Notes: generated from the letters alone by a model not told the origin. A stretch of DNA of 64,000 bases from Dehalococcoidia bacterium (GCA_965262725.1 OZ253555.1:1952001-2016000); one strand, 5' to 3'. Positions 1 to 9,509 are shown, counted from the stretch's first letter. Translations and numbers: made by a program.

Positions 1-112
1 CGCACGTCTGCACGTCCAGCACCGGGACCTCATATGGATGCCTCGGTTGTCAAGCCCCGTCCAGCGGTACTTGAACGTCCGGTCTGCTGCGGCGGCGGTC
101 GCGCGAGGATGA

Positions 113-336
113 CGACTCCGGGGTGGCGAAGGAGGGATGAGCGGGAATTGTTCGACGTCTTGTCACTCTCATATTCGCGGGTTGCCAGTGGCAGAGCCGC
201 ATGACCCTTCTTCGTCAGGAGCAGGCGCATTCTGATATCGCGGGTTGGCGACGCGAAGCGTCGTTGCCGCATGGTTCCGTCGCGCAGTCTCCGAAACGTA
301 GTCCCGCTTATCCGTCCTTCACCGCCCCCGGAGTCG
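113..336 (-). ncRNA. putative bridge/seek RNA unit 2 (copy 1)
   Basis: Mirror of 6292-6515. Confidence 0.72.
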
Positions 337-613
337 AGGTCCCCGCCCTCCGCGGCCAGCTCCGCTGCATGCTCCTCACTCGCGGCGATGCCTGAGAGCC
401 CCTGCTCCGTCGGGCGGATGTGCTCATCCGTCATCTCGACCCTCTGCAGGTAGCTGCCGAAGGCCGCCTGGGCGCCCTTCTCCTGGAAGGAGAGGAAGCG
501 CGGACAGCGCCGGCGCTCGTGCGCCCAGCAGGACTTCCCATAATGGTGCCGCGCGAGCAGCGAGCACCCCGCCGACGGCTGCTGCGCCGTCTTGCGCGGC
601 CGCGCGAAGATGA

Positions 614-837
614 CGACTCCGGGGTGGCGAAGGAGGGATGAGCGGGAATCACTCGACGTTGTGTCACTCTCATAGTCGCGGGTTGCCAGTGGCAGAGCCG
701 CATGACCTTTCTTCGTCGGGAGGGGGCGCCGTCTGGGAACGCGGGTTGGCGACGCTTCGCGTCGTTGCCGCATGGTCCCGTCGCGCGATCTCCAGAATGT
801 GGTCCCGTTCATCCGTCCTTCACCGCCCCCGGAGTCG
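614..837 (-). ncRNA. putative bridge/seek RNA unit 1 (copy 1)
   Basis: Mirror of 5791-6014. Confidence 0.78.
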
Positions 838-903
838 ACGTCTCCGCCCTCCGCGGCCGGTCTGTCCTCCTCTCCGTCCGCTCCCTGTTCGTGGCCAGCC
901 GGC

Positions 904-2016
904 TCAGGCGGCCTGCTGCCGCTCTTCAGCGTGGGTGCGCAGCACCGCCCAGATGGCGGCGAGCAGCTCCCGCGCCACGGCCACGACGGCGACCTGCGAC
1001 GGCTTGCCTCGCTCCTTGAGATGCCGGTAGCGCCGGGACATCCGGGAACCGGTCTTGTCGGCCATCGCGACCGCCCAGCCCGGCTGGCCCTCCCGCCGTC
1101 TGCGCAGCGGCGCCCCGACGCGGTACGGGCGGATGCTGTGCCAGCCCGCCTCGACCAGCACGCGCCGGACGTGCTCGTTCCCCGTCTTGGTGATGCCGCC
1201 GCGCCGCGTCCTCGGGCCTGAGCTGTGCTCGCTCGCCACCAGCCCCACGTACGCTGCCAGCTGGTCGGGGCTTCCGAATCGCGTGATATCGCCGAGCTCG
1301 CCCAGGATCGTCATGGCGGTGACCGTGTCGATGCCGCGGAAGCAGCGGAGGAGTCCCGCCTCCGGCGCATACTCCTCACTCGCGACGATGTCTGAGAGCC
1401 TCTGCTCCATCAGGCGGATGTGTTCATCCGCCATCTCCACGCGCTGCAGGTAGCCGTCGAATGCCGCCTGGTCGCCCAGCTCCTCGAAGGAGAGCGAGCG
1501 CAGCCAGCACCGGTGCTCTCGGGTCCACGTAGACTTACCATAATGGTGGCCCGAGCGCAGCAGGAACCCCGACAGTTGCATCTGGGCCGTCTTGCGGGCC
1601 GCAACGGCGTCCTCGCGCCCACGGGTGAGGTTGCGCACAGATTCCTGCCGCTCAGTCGGCTGGTGCACCTCGGTGAGCAGTCCCGCGCGCAAGAGATGCG
1701 CCAGGTTCCGCGCGTCGCGGCGGTCCGTCTTGACGCGGTCTCCCGGCTTTGTGGGGATCAGCGCCGGCGCGATGACGCGGCAGTCGATCCCCTTCGCATC
1801 GAGAGTGCGCTTCAGCCCGAACCCGGTCGGGCCCGCCTCGTAGCAACAGACCACGGAATCCCCGGCCTCGCGGCGCAGTCGCCGCGCCAGCGCCGCCACG
1901 GACTTCGGCTCGTTGGCGAGCTGCCACTCTTCGGGCTTCTTCTCCCCGTGCAGAACGGAGACGTTGATCGTCCGCGCGTGCACGTCGAGGCCCACGTATA
2001 GCTTCGTCTGGTCCAT
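904..2016 (-). CDS. IS110 family transposase/recombinase
   Basis: N-terminal YVGLDVH, CYEAGPTG, KTDRRDA (DEDD); C-terminal GLVASEHSSG..GITKTGN. Confidence 0.96.
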   Translation of the reverse strand: MDQTKLYVGLDVHARTINVSVLHGEKKPEEWQLANEPKSVAALARRLRREAGDSVVCCYEAGPTGFGLKRTLDAKGIDCRVIAPALIPTKPGDRVKTDRRDARNLAHLLRAGLLTEVHQPTERQESVRNLTRGREDAVAARKTAQMQLSGFLLRSGHHYGKSTWTREHRCWLRSLSFEELGDQAAFDGYLQRVEMADEHIRLMEQRLSDIVASEEYAPEAGLLRCFRGIDTVTAMTILGELGDITRFGSPDQLAAYVGLVASEHSSGPRTRRGGITKTGNEHVRRVLVEAGWHSIRPYRVGAPLRRRREGQPGWAVAMADKTGSRMSRRYRHLKERGKPSQVAVVAVARELLAAIWAVLRTHAEERQQAA

Positions 2017-2939
2017 CTGGTCTGCCCCCTACCCCTTCCATGTTCCGGTCCGGTTCCGCTCCGATGTTGCACTCGGAACAGAAACCGACACCGGTTCTCA
2101 AGGTGTCGAGGCATCCATAGGGTCTGGGAGGGCTCGGCCTTGTCCCTGCGTGTTGCCACGCCGGGACCGCAACGGAAAGGGCGATTCCGTAATCCGTTGA
2201 CGCACGAGGTCGAGCAATCAGATCCGGCCATAGTAGTGATGAGGGCGGCGAACAAAGAGGAGTAGACACCCTCGGCGGAGTCGACGGAGCGAAGGGCCGG
2301 ACCGGAGGGGAAGCTGGCGAAGCCCGGCACTGGCGGGACACTGCGCCCGCGTTTGGTGTCACTCGGGCTACCCGGCTACGGCACCTCTTGGGTGCCGTCT
2401 GACCTGACGGAGGAGCCGTATGCGTTAACGCGCACGTACGGATCTGTCCGGGGGGCGGCCGGCAACGGCCGTCCCTACCGGAATTGCTCCCTGTGGCTGT
2501 GACGTGATTCGTTGAAAAACCATTGTCCCAGCTACAGCGGAGCACCCAACACCAGCCGCTCGCGCACTCTTCGTTCGGTTTCCGGTAGGGACGCCGGTTA
2601 CCCGGCGCCCCCCGGACAGATCCGTACGTGCGCGCTAGCGCATACGGCTCCTCTCCCGGGTATGACGGTCGGGGCTGAAACGCACCCTGCCGTATCGGCT
2701 CGGACTTCTTGTGCCACAGGTCACCCGGCTCAGTGTCCGGCCCATGTCGAGTCCTCGCAGATTCCCCGCGAGTCCGGCCCTTGGCTCCTCCGACTCCGCA
2801 GAGGCTCGCGCCCCCTTCTATGAGGGTCGTCTGATCCGCAAGGCCGACGTGGCGGCCTTCTGCGCCGTTCTACCGATCGCGCCTCCCGTCCGCAGCCCTG
2901 TGGTGGTTGTCGGTGCCGATGCGAGTGGTGCCGCCGTCT

Positions 2940-3100
2940 TGTCCCCGGGACGTTGTGGTGACCGTGCTTCTATTCGCACTCGTCGAGGGGCCGCTCCGGG
3001 CCCGGTGCATGATGATCAGCCTGTCTCCAGGGTGTGGGCGCTGCCATCTTGTTCCCGTCCTCGTTGGGACCAGGGGGTTCCGCAGTCGCCCGCGTGTCGG
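2940..3100 (-). ncRNA. putative bridge/seek RNA of IS element B (boundaries approximate)
   Basis: Guide-like segments CCCCCT and GAACAAG match the target; TCATC and ATAGAAG match the circle junction. Confidence 0.65.
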
Positions 3101-3163
3101 CATCTCTCGTATCCTCCGAAGCCCACCGGCCGCCCGGTCGCCTCGCTCCTCGCGTGCTGTCTG

Positions 3164-4255
3164 CTACGCCGCCTCGGCCGCGCGCGCGTGGCGCAACGGC
3201 TCGTAGACCTCCCCGCTCTTCCAGAGCGCAAGCATCAGCACCGCCAGTCGCCTCGCGACCGCGACGACGGCACGCTTCTTCGCATTGCCGGCCCCCGACT
3301 CCGCGTAACGCAGCCCCCACCTGCGGAGGTCGCTGTCGGGGCCGAAGGGGCCCAGGATGTAGTGCGCGGCCTGGTTCAGCACCCGGCGCAGCGCCACGTC
3401 CCCTTCCTTCGTGATCCGCAGCTGGGGCTGCCGATCACCGGAATCGCGGCTCCGGGGCACCAGCCCCAGGTAGGGCCCCACCTCCCTGTTCTTGGGGAAG
3501 CGGGCCGGGTCCTCGATGGTGAGGATGAAGGTGAGCGAGGTGATCGGGCCGACGCCCACGATCTGCCGCAGCGCGCCGGTCTCCGCGTAGCGCTCGCACA
3601 TCGCGGCGAACTTCTTGTCGGCCTGGCGGATCTCCCCGGTCAGCTGCTCGATCTGGTGGAGCACCGGCAGCAGCGCCGGGCCCAGCTCCTCGGGGATGTG
3701 CTCTCTGACCGCGCGGTGGAAGGCCGGCGCCGTGCAGCCCGGAAGCGCCGCGCCCCACGCCTTCACCGCGCCCCGGACGTGGTTGATGAACATCGTGCGC
3801 GCCCGGACCAGCGCCTCGCGGCTGCGGAGCACCTGGAGGTCCGCCTGCGCCATGGCGCTTCGGTGCCGGATGGGGAAGAGGAGCGCCGGGTCGAATCGGC
3901 CGAGCCGTGCGAGGTGCTCGGCATCGGAGCGGTCGGTCTTGCGCTGGCTGCGCGCGATCAGCCTGACCTGCCTCGGGTTGGCGACGATCACGTCGTGACC
4001 GAGCTCCGCGAACATCCGGCTCAGCCACGGGGACCGCGGCCCCACCTCCATCACCACCCGGGCGCCCTGCAGTGGGGTGAGCGCCCGCGTGAGCGCCGCG
4101 GTCGTGGTGCGGACTCGCTCCTCCCGCACGATCTCCCCGTCGCCACCGAGGACGCAGAGGTGGCTGTAGCGGTCGCTGACGTCGATGCCGACAGTCACGA
4201 GCTCCGCATCCCCCACCTTCCTGCTCTCTGTGACATCTGATGTACGCTGTGCCAC
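3164..4255 (-). CDS. IS110 family transposase (IS1111 group)
   Basis: VGIDVSD, VMEVG, KTDRSDA, GLVPRSRDSG..ITKEGD; GTG start after AGGAG. Confidence 0.94.
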   Translation of the reverse strand: MAQRTSDVTESRKVGDAELVTVGIDVSDRYSHLCVLGGDGEIVREERVRTTTAALTRALTPLQGARVVMEVGPRSPWLSRMFAELGHDVIVANPRQVRLIARSQRKTDRSDAEHLARLGRFDPALLFPIRHRSAMAQADLQVLRSREALVRARTMFINHVRGAVKAWGAALPGCTAPAFHRAVREHIPEELGPALLPVLHQIEQLTGEIRQADKKFAAMCERYAETGALRQIVGVGPITSLTFILTIEDPARFPKNREVGPYLGLVPRSRDSGDRQPQLRITKEGDVALRRVLNQAAHYILGPFGPDSDLRRWGLRYAESGAGNAKKRAVVAVARRLAVLMLALWKSGEVYEPLRHARAAEAA

Positions 4256-4611
4256 GGTCGGTCTCCTACCTCTCTCGGCTCGCCTGAGCCGTTCTCCTGG
4301 GCCACCACGTGAGCCCGTGCTTGGAGGGGAAGTATCCCCTCTGAGGAGGGGACCGACCCTCATGTCATCTTGTTCGCCGGTCTCACAGCTACTATGGCCG
4401 AATCAGATTGCTTCACGGCGTACATCAGCGGCGTACGGCTTCTACCTTCCCGCTGCGGCCCCCCCGACAGGAACTGTCACAGGGGCACCGTGGAGCCCTC
4501 CCAGACCCTATGGATGCCTCGACACCTTGAGAACCGGTGTCGGTTTCTGTTCCGAGTGCAACATCGGAGCGGAACCGGACCGGAACATGGAAGGGGTAGG
4601 GGGCAGACCAG

Positions 4612-5724
4612 ATGGACCAGACGAAGCTATACGTGGGCCTCGACGTGCACGCGCGGACGATCAACGTCTCCGTTCTGCACGGGGAGAAGAAGCCCGAAGA
4701 GTGGCAGCTCGCCAACGAGCCGAAGTCCGTGGCGGCGCTGGCGCGGCGACTGCGCCGCGAGGCCGGGGATTCCGTGGTCTGTTGCTACGAGGCGGGCCCG
4801 ACCGGGTTCGGGCTGAAGCGCACTCTCGATGCGAAGGGGATCGACTGCCGCGTCATCGCGCCGGCGCTGATCCCCACAAAGCCGGGAGACCGCGTCAAGA
4901 CGGACCGCCGCGACGCGCGGAACCTGGCGCATCTCTTGCGCGCGGGACTGCTCACCGAGGTGCACCAGCCGACTGAGCGGCAGGAATCTGTGCGCAACCT
5001 CACCCGTGGGCGCGAGGACGCCGTTGCGGCCCGCAAGACGGCCCAGATGCAACTGTCGGGGTTCCTGCTGCGCTCGGGCCACCATTATGGTAAGTCTACG
5101 TGGACCCGAGAGCACCGGTGCTGGCTGCGCTCGCTCTCCTTCGAGGAGCTGGGCGACCAGGCGGCATTCGACGGCTACCTGCAGCGCGTGGAGATGGCGG
5201 ATGAACACATCCGCCTGATGGAGCAGAGGCTCTCAGACATCGTCGCGAGTGAGGAGTATGCGCCGGAGGCGGGACTCCTCCGCTGCTTCCGCGGCATCGA
5301 CACGGTCACCGCCATGACGATCCTGGGCGAGCTCGGCGATATCACGCGATTCGGAAGCCCCGACCAGCTGGCAGCGTACGTGGGGCTGGTGGCGAGCGAG
5401 CACAGCTCAGGCCCGAGGACGCGGCGCGGCGGCATCACCAAGACGGGGAACGAGCACGTCCGGCGCGTGCTGGTCGAGGCGGGCTGGCACAGCATCCGCC
5501 CGTACCGCGTCGGGGCGCCGCTGCGCAGACGGCGGGAGGGCCAGCCGGGCTGGGCGGTCGCGATGGCCGACAAGACCGGTTCCCGGATGTCCCGGCGCTA
5601 CCGGCATCTCAAGGAGCGAGGCAAGCCGTCGCAGGTCGCCGTCGTGGCCGTGGCGCGGGAGCTGCTCGCCGCCATCTGGGCGGTGCTGCGCACCCACGCT
5701 GAAGAGCGGCAGCAGGCCGCCTGA
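4612..5724 (+). CDS. IS110 family transposase/recombinase
   Basis: Identical protein to 904..2016. Confidence 0.96.
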   Translation: MDQTKLYVGLDVHARTINVSVLHGEKKPEEWQLANEPKSVAALARRLRREAGDSVVCCYEAGPTGFGLKRTLDAKGIDCRVIAPALIPTKPGDRVKTDRRDARNLAHLLRAGLLTEVHQPTERQESVRNLTRGREDAVAARKTAQMQLSGFLLRSGHHYGKSTWTREHRCWLRSLSFEELGDQAAFDGYLQRVEMADEHIRLMEQRLSDIVASEEYAPEAGLLRCFRGIDTVTAMTILGELGDITRFGSPDQLAAYVGLVASEHSSGPRTRRGGITKTGNEHVRRVLVEAGWHSIRPYRVGAPLRRRREGQPGWAVAMADKTGSRMSRRYRHLKERGKPSQVAVVAVARELLAAIWAVLRTHAEERQQAA

Positions 5725-5790
5725 GCCGGCTGGCCACGAACAGGGAGCGGACGGAGAGGAGGACAGACCGGCCGCGGAGGGCGGAGACGT

Positions 5791-6014
5791 CGACTCCGGG
5801 GGCGGTGAAGGACGGATGAACGGGACCACATTCTGGAGATCGCGCGACGGGACCATGCGGCAACGACGCGAAGCGTCGCCAACCCGCGTTCCCAGACGGC
5901 GCCCCCTCCCGACGAAGAAAGGTCATGCGGCTCTGCCACTGGCAACCCGCGACTATGAGAGTGACACAACGTCGAGTGATTCCCGCTCATCCCTCCTTCG
6001 CCACCCCGGAGTCG
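5791..6014 (+). ncRNA. putative bridge/seek RNA unit 1
   Basis: Closing stem CGACTCCGGGG/CCCCGGAGTCG; two loops with scaffold guide-ATGCGG-hairpin-AACCCGCG-guide whose guides match target and donor. Confidence 0.78.
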
Positions 6015-6029
6015 TCATCTTCGCGCGGC

Positions 6030-6265
6030 CGCGCAAGACGGCGCAGCAGCCGTCGGCGGGGTGCTCGCTGCTCGCGCGGCACCATTATGGGAAGTCCTGC
6101 TGGGCGCACGAGCGCCGGCGCTGTCCGCGCTTCCTCTCCTTCCAGGAGAAGGGCGCCCAGGCGGCCTTCGGCAGCTACCTGCAGAGGGTCGAGATGACGG
6201 ATGAGCACATCCGCCCGACGGAGCAGGGGCTCTCAGGCATCGCCGCGAGTGAGGAGCATGCAGCG
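6030..6265 (+). pseudogene. degenerate internal fragment of a related IS110 transposase
   Basis: HHYGKS..YLQRVEMTDEHIR..EQ.LS.IAASEE resembles ~5030-5265. Confidence 0.8.
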
Positions 6266-6291
6266 GAGCTGGCCGCGGAGGGCGGGGACCT

Positions 6292-6515
6292 CGACTCCGG
6301 GGGCGGTGAAGGACGGATAAGCGGGACTACGTTTCGGAGACTGCGCGACGGAACCATGCGGCAACGACGCTTCGCGTCGCCAACCCGCGATATCAGAATG
6401 CGCCTGCTCCTGACGAAGAAGGGTCATGCGGCTCTGCCACTGGCAACCCGCGAATATGAGAGTGACAAGACGTCGAACAATTCCCGCTCATCCCTCCTTC
6501 GCCACCCCGGAGTCG
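6292..6515 (+). ncRNA. putative bridge/seek RNA unit 2 (different target guides)
   Basis: Diverged copy of unit 1, offset 501 nt; donor guides conserved, target guides CGGAACC/ATATCAG. Confidence 0.72.
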
Positions 6516-6899
6516 TCATCCTCGCGCGACCGCCGCCGCAGCAGACCGGACGTTCAAGTACCGCTGGACGGGGCTTGACAACCGAGGCATCCATATGAGG
6601 TCCCGGCGATAGACGTGTGCGCGTGCATGGGGTTCTTCGACACCGTGGGGCCCGACCACGACTCGCCAATAGCGCCGTCGCCGGTATTGCCTTCGACCAA
6701 TCCAAAAGCCTCGACACCCCAAATGGCCCTTTCGATGCTCATTAGCCCCGCCCGCACACCCCGCTGCCGACGCTTCACAAGCCGCCTCGCGACGACCCGC
6801 GCACGGCTCGCGGAATGACATGAGTGGCTAACTCTTTGCCATAGAGGACTTCCACCTCCTGCCTACTCGCCAGTTAGCCTGGCGCTCTGGATCAGGGCT

Positions 6900-7097
6900 A
6901 TGCGTATCCTCGACGCCTTCATCGAGGCCGTCCCTGTGTTCAGCGACGACCTGGAGGAGATGTTTCGGGCAGAGGAGCCGCTGCGAGAGCAGGCCTTACA
7001 GACTCTTCGTCGGGCGGCCCGCTACGTTCAGGAGGTGGACGACCAACTCAGCGCCGCGGGACGCCCCCGGCCTCCAGTATGGAACCACCCGGTCTGA
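6900..7097 (+). CDS. small hypothetical protein
   Basis: 65-aa ORF with plausible helical composition. Confidence 0.4.
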   Translation: MRILDAFIEAVPVFSDDLEEMFRAEEPLREQALQTLRRAARYVQEVDDQLSAAGRPRPPVWNHPV

Positions 7098-7279
7098 GTC
7101 GGCAAACGAAGCGACTGGTGCGAAACGCGGCCTGCCCGATTGCCGCCGTGTCGATCGAGCTGGCAGAAGCGGCTGATCAGGCGCGACCGGGGCGAGCGCA
7201 ATCGAGCGGCGATTGCGGGCCTAGTCAGCCCGATCGTAGCCCGGGCCTGTAGAATGGGGTGGCGCGGGAGCGAGTCAAC

Positions 7280-7870
7280 ATGACGACGACCACCGAGGCG
7301 AAGCTGCTGACCGTCGGCGACCTGCTACGGCTCGACGCCGAGGGCGTGCGCGGCGAACTGATCCGGGGGGTGCTCTGCGAGACCATGCCAGCGGGACAAC
7401 GACACGGGAAGATTGTGGCAAGGCTTGTGGCTGCGTTGGTCAACTTCGCTGAGGCAGGGAGACTGGGCACGGTCGTCGCATCCGACTCGGGGGTCTGGCT
7501 GGAGCACGATCCCGACACGGTGCGCGAGCCGGACATCGCGTTCACATCAGTCGAGCGGCTGCCGCTCGACGAGGATGTCGCAGGGTACGCTGAGGTGGTC
7601 CCCGACCTTGTCGTGGAGATCGCCTCACCGAGCGACAGTCGCCGCGAGGTGCACGACAAGGCGCGGATGTGGCTCAGCCACGGCGTGCGCCTTGTCTGGG
7701 CCGTCCACCCGGAGGCGCGCGCAGTGGATGTGCATCGACCTGACGGCGATGTGGAGACGCTCGGCGAGCCGGATGCCCTCGACGGGCTGGACGTGCTGCC
7801 GGGCTTCACCTGCGACGTAAGCGCAGTCTTCGGTGGGCCAGCGGCAGGAGCTGTGCGGCAAGACGGCTGA
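7280..7870 (+). CDS. Uma2 family (DUF820) endonuclease
   Basis: ELIRG..PAG..HG, REPDIAF, PDLVVEIASPSD, GVRLVW. Confidence 0.92.
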   Translation: MTTTTEAKLLTVGDLLRLDAEGVRGELIRGVLCETMPAGQRHGKIVARLVAALVNFAEAGRLGTVVASDSGVWLEHDPDTVREPDIAFTSVERLPLDEDVAGYAEVVPDLVVEIASPSDSRREVHDKARMWLSHGVRLVWAVHPEARAVDVHRPDGDVETLGEPDALDGLDVLPGFTCDVSAVFGGPAAGAVRQDG

Positions 7871-8499
7871 GGTAGGCGCGGTGGCTGAGCCGGTCTCGCA
7901 GCGCGGCATCTTTGCGCACCTGCGCAACGGTTCCCCGAGCGCCGTCAGCGTACGCAAGGCCGCGCTCGCCGTGGCGCACCTGCGCAAACGAGCGACCAGA
8001 GACGCATCACGATGTCCGCACCACGCCGCTCCAGCGCGACGTCGACGCATGGCCAACCGGATTGGCGGCACGCGGAGGAACGCGCGCACGGCGGCCGCGG
8101 CCGGCGGGGGCGGCCTGCCGCACGACGGTGATGGCGACCGTGGCCGTGGCGACGCCGCCCCGCGCCGGCTTCGAGATGGGCACGGCCTCTCCATCCTCGA
8201 AAGCGTGTACTCGTCGACATCCTGTGACGAGCGCCGGGATAGCGGTCCGATCGCCTGCGTCGCGCAGTGCGGTGTACGTGGTCACGATCAGGTTTCCCGC
8301 ATCGTCCAATAGATGTCCTTCGGAGATCGGGGTCATCTCAGCGTCATGTGGATGTCGCTCGTGCCAATTCGGTCCCCGAGAACAGCGAACGATGGGTCAG
8401 GAAGGGCGTGACGGAGACAACTGGATCCCGATGCTGGAGGCCCTCGCCGACGCCTCAGGCGGGGCGGTACTCAAGGAGCGGCGACCGGCCCGTGATAGA

Positions 8500-8800
8500 G
8501 GCGACGCGCACAGCGCTCACGCTCGAACGGTTCGCCAGCGTTGAGCCCGATCAGTGCGGTGCTTACGGGCTCCGGGAGGCTTCCCCAGAACGCTAGCGAG
8601 CTACCGTCGAGCTCGGCCACGGTTATCCATCTCCCCGGTTCGACCTCTTCCTCGATTGCCTCGATAGCGTAGTTGTGCAGGCCCCAGGTCTGGGTATGGC
8701 ACCGGTAGGGGCCAGCCGCCTCGATCGCGACGACGACCTCGTCGGTGAAGTTCGGCGCGTCCCCGTCATCGAAGCCGAGCTTCAAGTTCCAACGTCGATG
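8500..8800 (-). pseudogene. fragment paralogous to 53071..53388
   Basis: GFDDGDAPNFTDEVVVAIEAAGPYRCHTQTWGLHNY is nearly identical to the 53 kb ORF. Confidence 0.6.
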
Positions 8801-9096
8801 TCCCGGCGGGTGCCAGTACGTCTCCTTTCGTACCTGAGAGCCAGCGTATTGAGCGCCCTTCGTGCCCGTCTGTCCCGCTCGTATCGCTCCGTGGTGACAG
8901 GTTGACGCCAAATTGATGCCAACGGCCAAATGGAACGGCGCTGGCGATCGACAGCGCAAGATTGTGGCGTCCGGGGGAGTGCAGCAGTTGCTGTCCGGGG
9001 CTGGCTCCATCGCTACAATGCGCGGCGGCCGCACGGCGGCATCGGCGGCGCTGTTCCCGCGTCCTCCCTGTAGGCAGCGTCCGTGGGGAATAGACA

Positions 9097-9505
9097 ATGC
9101 CTAGATCCGGCGGCGAGGCTGACAAGCTGGGGAACCGATACGAGGGCTTGTGGGCAGTTCATGCTGCACTGGACCTCATCGACGGCGAACACGTCGACCT
9201 GACAATCGAAGCGATCGGGGACGAAGCCGCCGGGGTCGAGTTCGTTCGGACGAACCGCTCAGGTGCCCCCGAGTACCACTCCATCAAGCGCCAACAAGGG
9301 AAGGGCAACTGGACACTCAGCCGTCTCGCTGAGGAGGGGCCGACGGGGAGGAGCATCCTCGGCGACCTCATCGCGAAGGTCGACAGTGGGGGTGAAGCGG
9401 TCTTCAGCTCCGGCACTAGCGTAAGCGAACTCGAGAGACTGATTGACCAATCTCGCGCGACTGAGTCTTTCGACGAATTCGGTGCGCGCATCGAGCAAAA
9501 CGCCA
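9097..9505 (+). pseudogene. N-terminal PD-(D/E)xK nuclease-like domain of a large defence NTPase (truncated)
   Basis: GGEADKLGNRYEGLW..GVEF..EYHSIKRQ..WTL. Confidence 0.6.
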
Positions 9506-9509
9506 TGCG

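Larger units (their letters stand above)
29..2125 (-). mobile_element. IS110-family (IS1111-type) element A, copy 1
   Basis: Reverse complement of 4503-6599; CT core dinucleotide at both junctions; subterminal IRs ATGGATGCCTCG. Confidence 0.93.
1..2484 (+). ncRNA. ORF-less group II intron A (5' part outside the window), interrupted by IS110 copy 1
   Basis: Domain V/VI GAGCCGTATGCG..CGCACGTACGGATCTGTCCGGGGG..TCCCTACCGGAAT at ~2413-2484; GGCCATAGTAG..GGCGAACAA..GGAGCGAAGGG motifs at 2226-2297; removing the IS restores GGGACCTGGGAG. Confidence 0.85.
2815..4370 (-). mobile_element. IS110-family (IS1111-type) element B
   Basis: AG core, 5 nt, IR ATGAGGGTCG at the left end; IR CGACCCTCAT, 3 nt, AG at the right end; removal restores intron GGCGAACAAGGGGGCGCGAGCC. 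Confidence 0.88.
4503..6599 (+). mobile_element. IS110-family (IS1111-type) element A, copy 2
   Basis: AG core at 4503-4504 and 6598-6599; IRs TATGGATGCCTCG (4509-4521) and CGAGGCATCCATA (6583-6595); TTGACA at 6575-6580 near the right end. Confidence 0.93.
2578..6887 (-). ncRNA. ORF-less group II intron B (~660 nt once two IS insertions are removed)
   Basis: 5' end GAGCGCCAGG..GGAGGTGGAAGTCCTCT at 6887 (-); domain V/VI GAGCCGTATGCGCTAGCGCGCACGTACGGATCTG..CCCTACCGGAAAC ending ~2578; no RT ORF. Confidence 0.85.

Noticed and set aside
5816-6598. 260-aa ORF (and its mirror 30..812) as a real protein
   Set aside because: It runs through two structured RNA repeats and a transposase relic; conservation follows stems and guides rather than codons.
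29-6599. 2.1-kb perfect inverted repeat as an assembly fold-back artefact
   Set aside because: Identity stops a few bases outside the IS ends and the flanking introns differ, which fits two real insertions at a shared motif.
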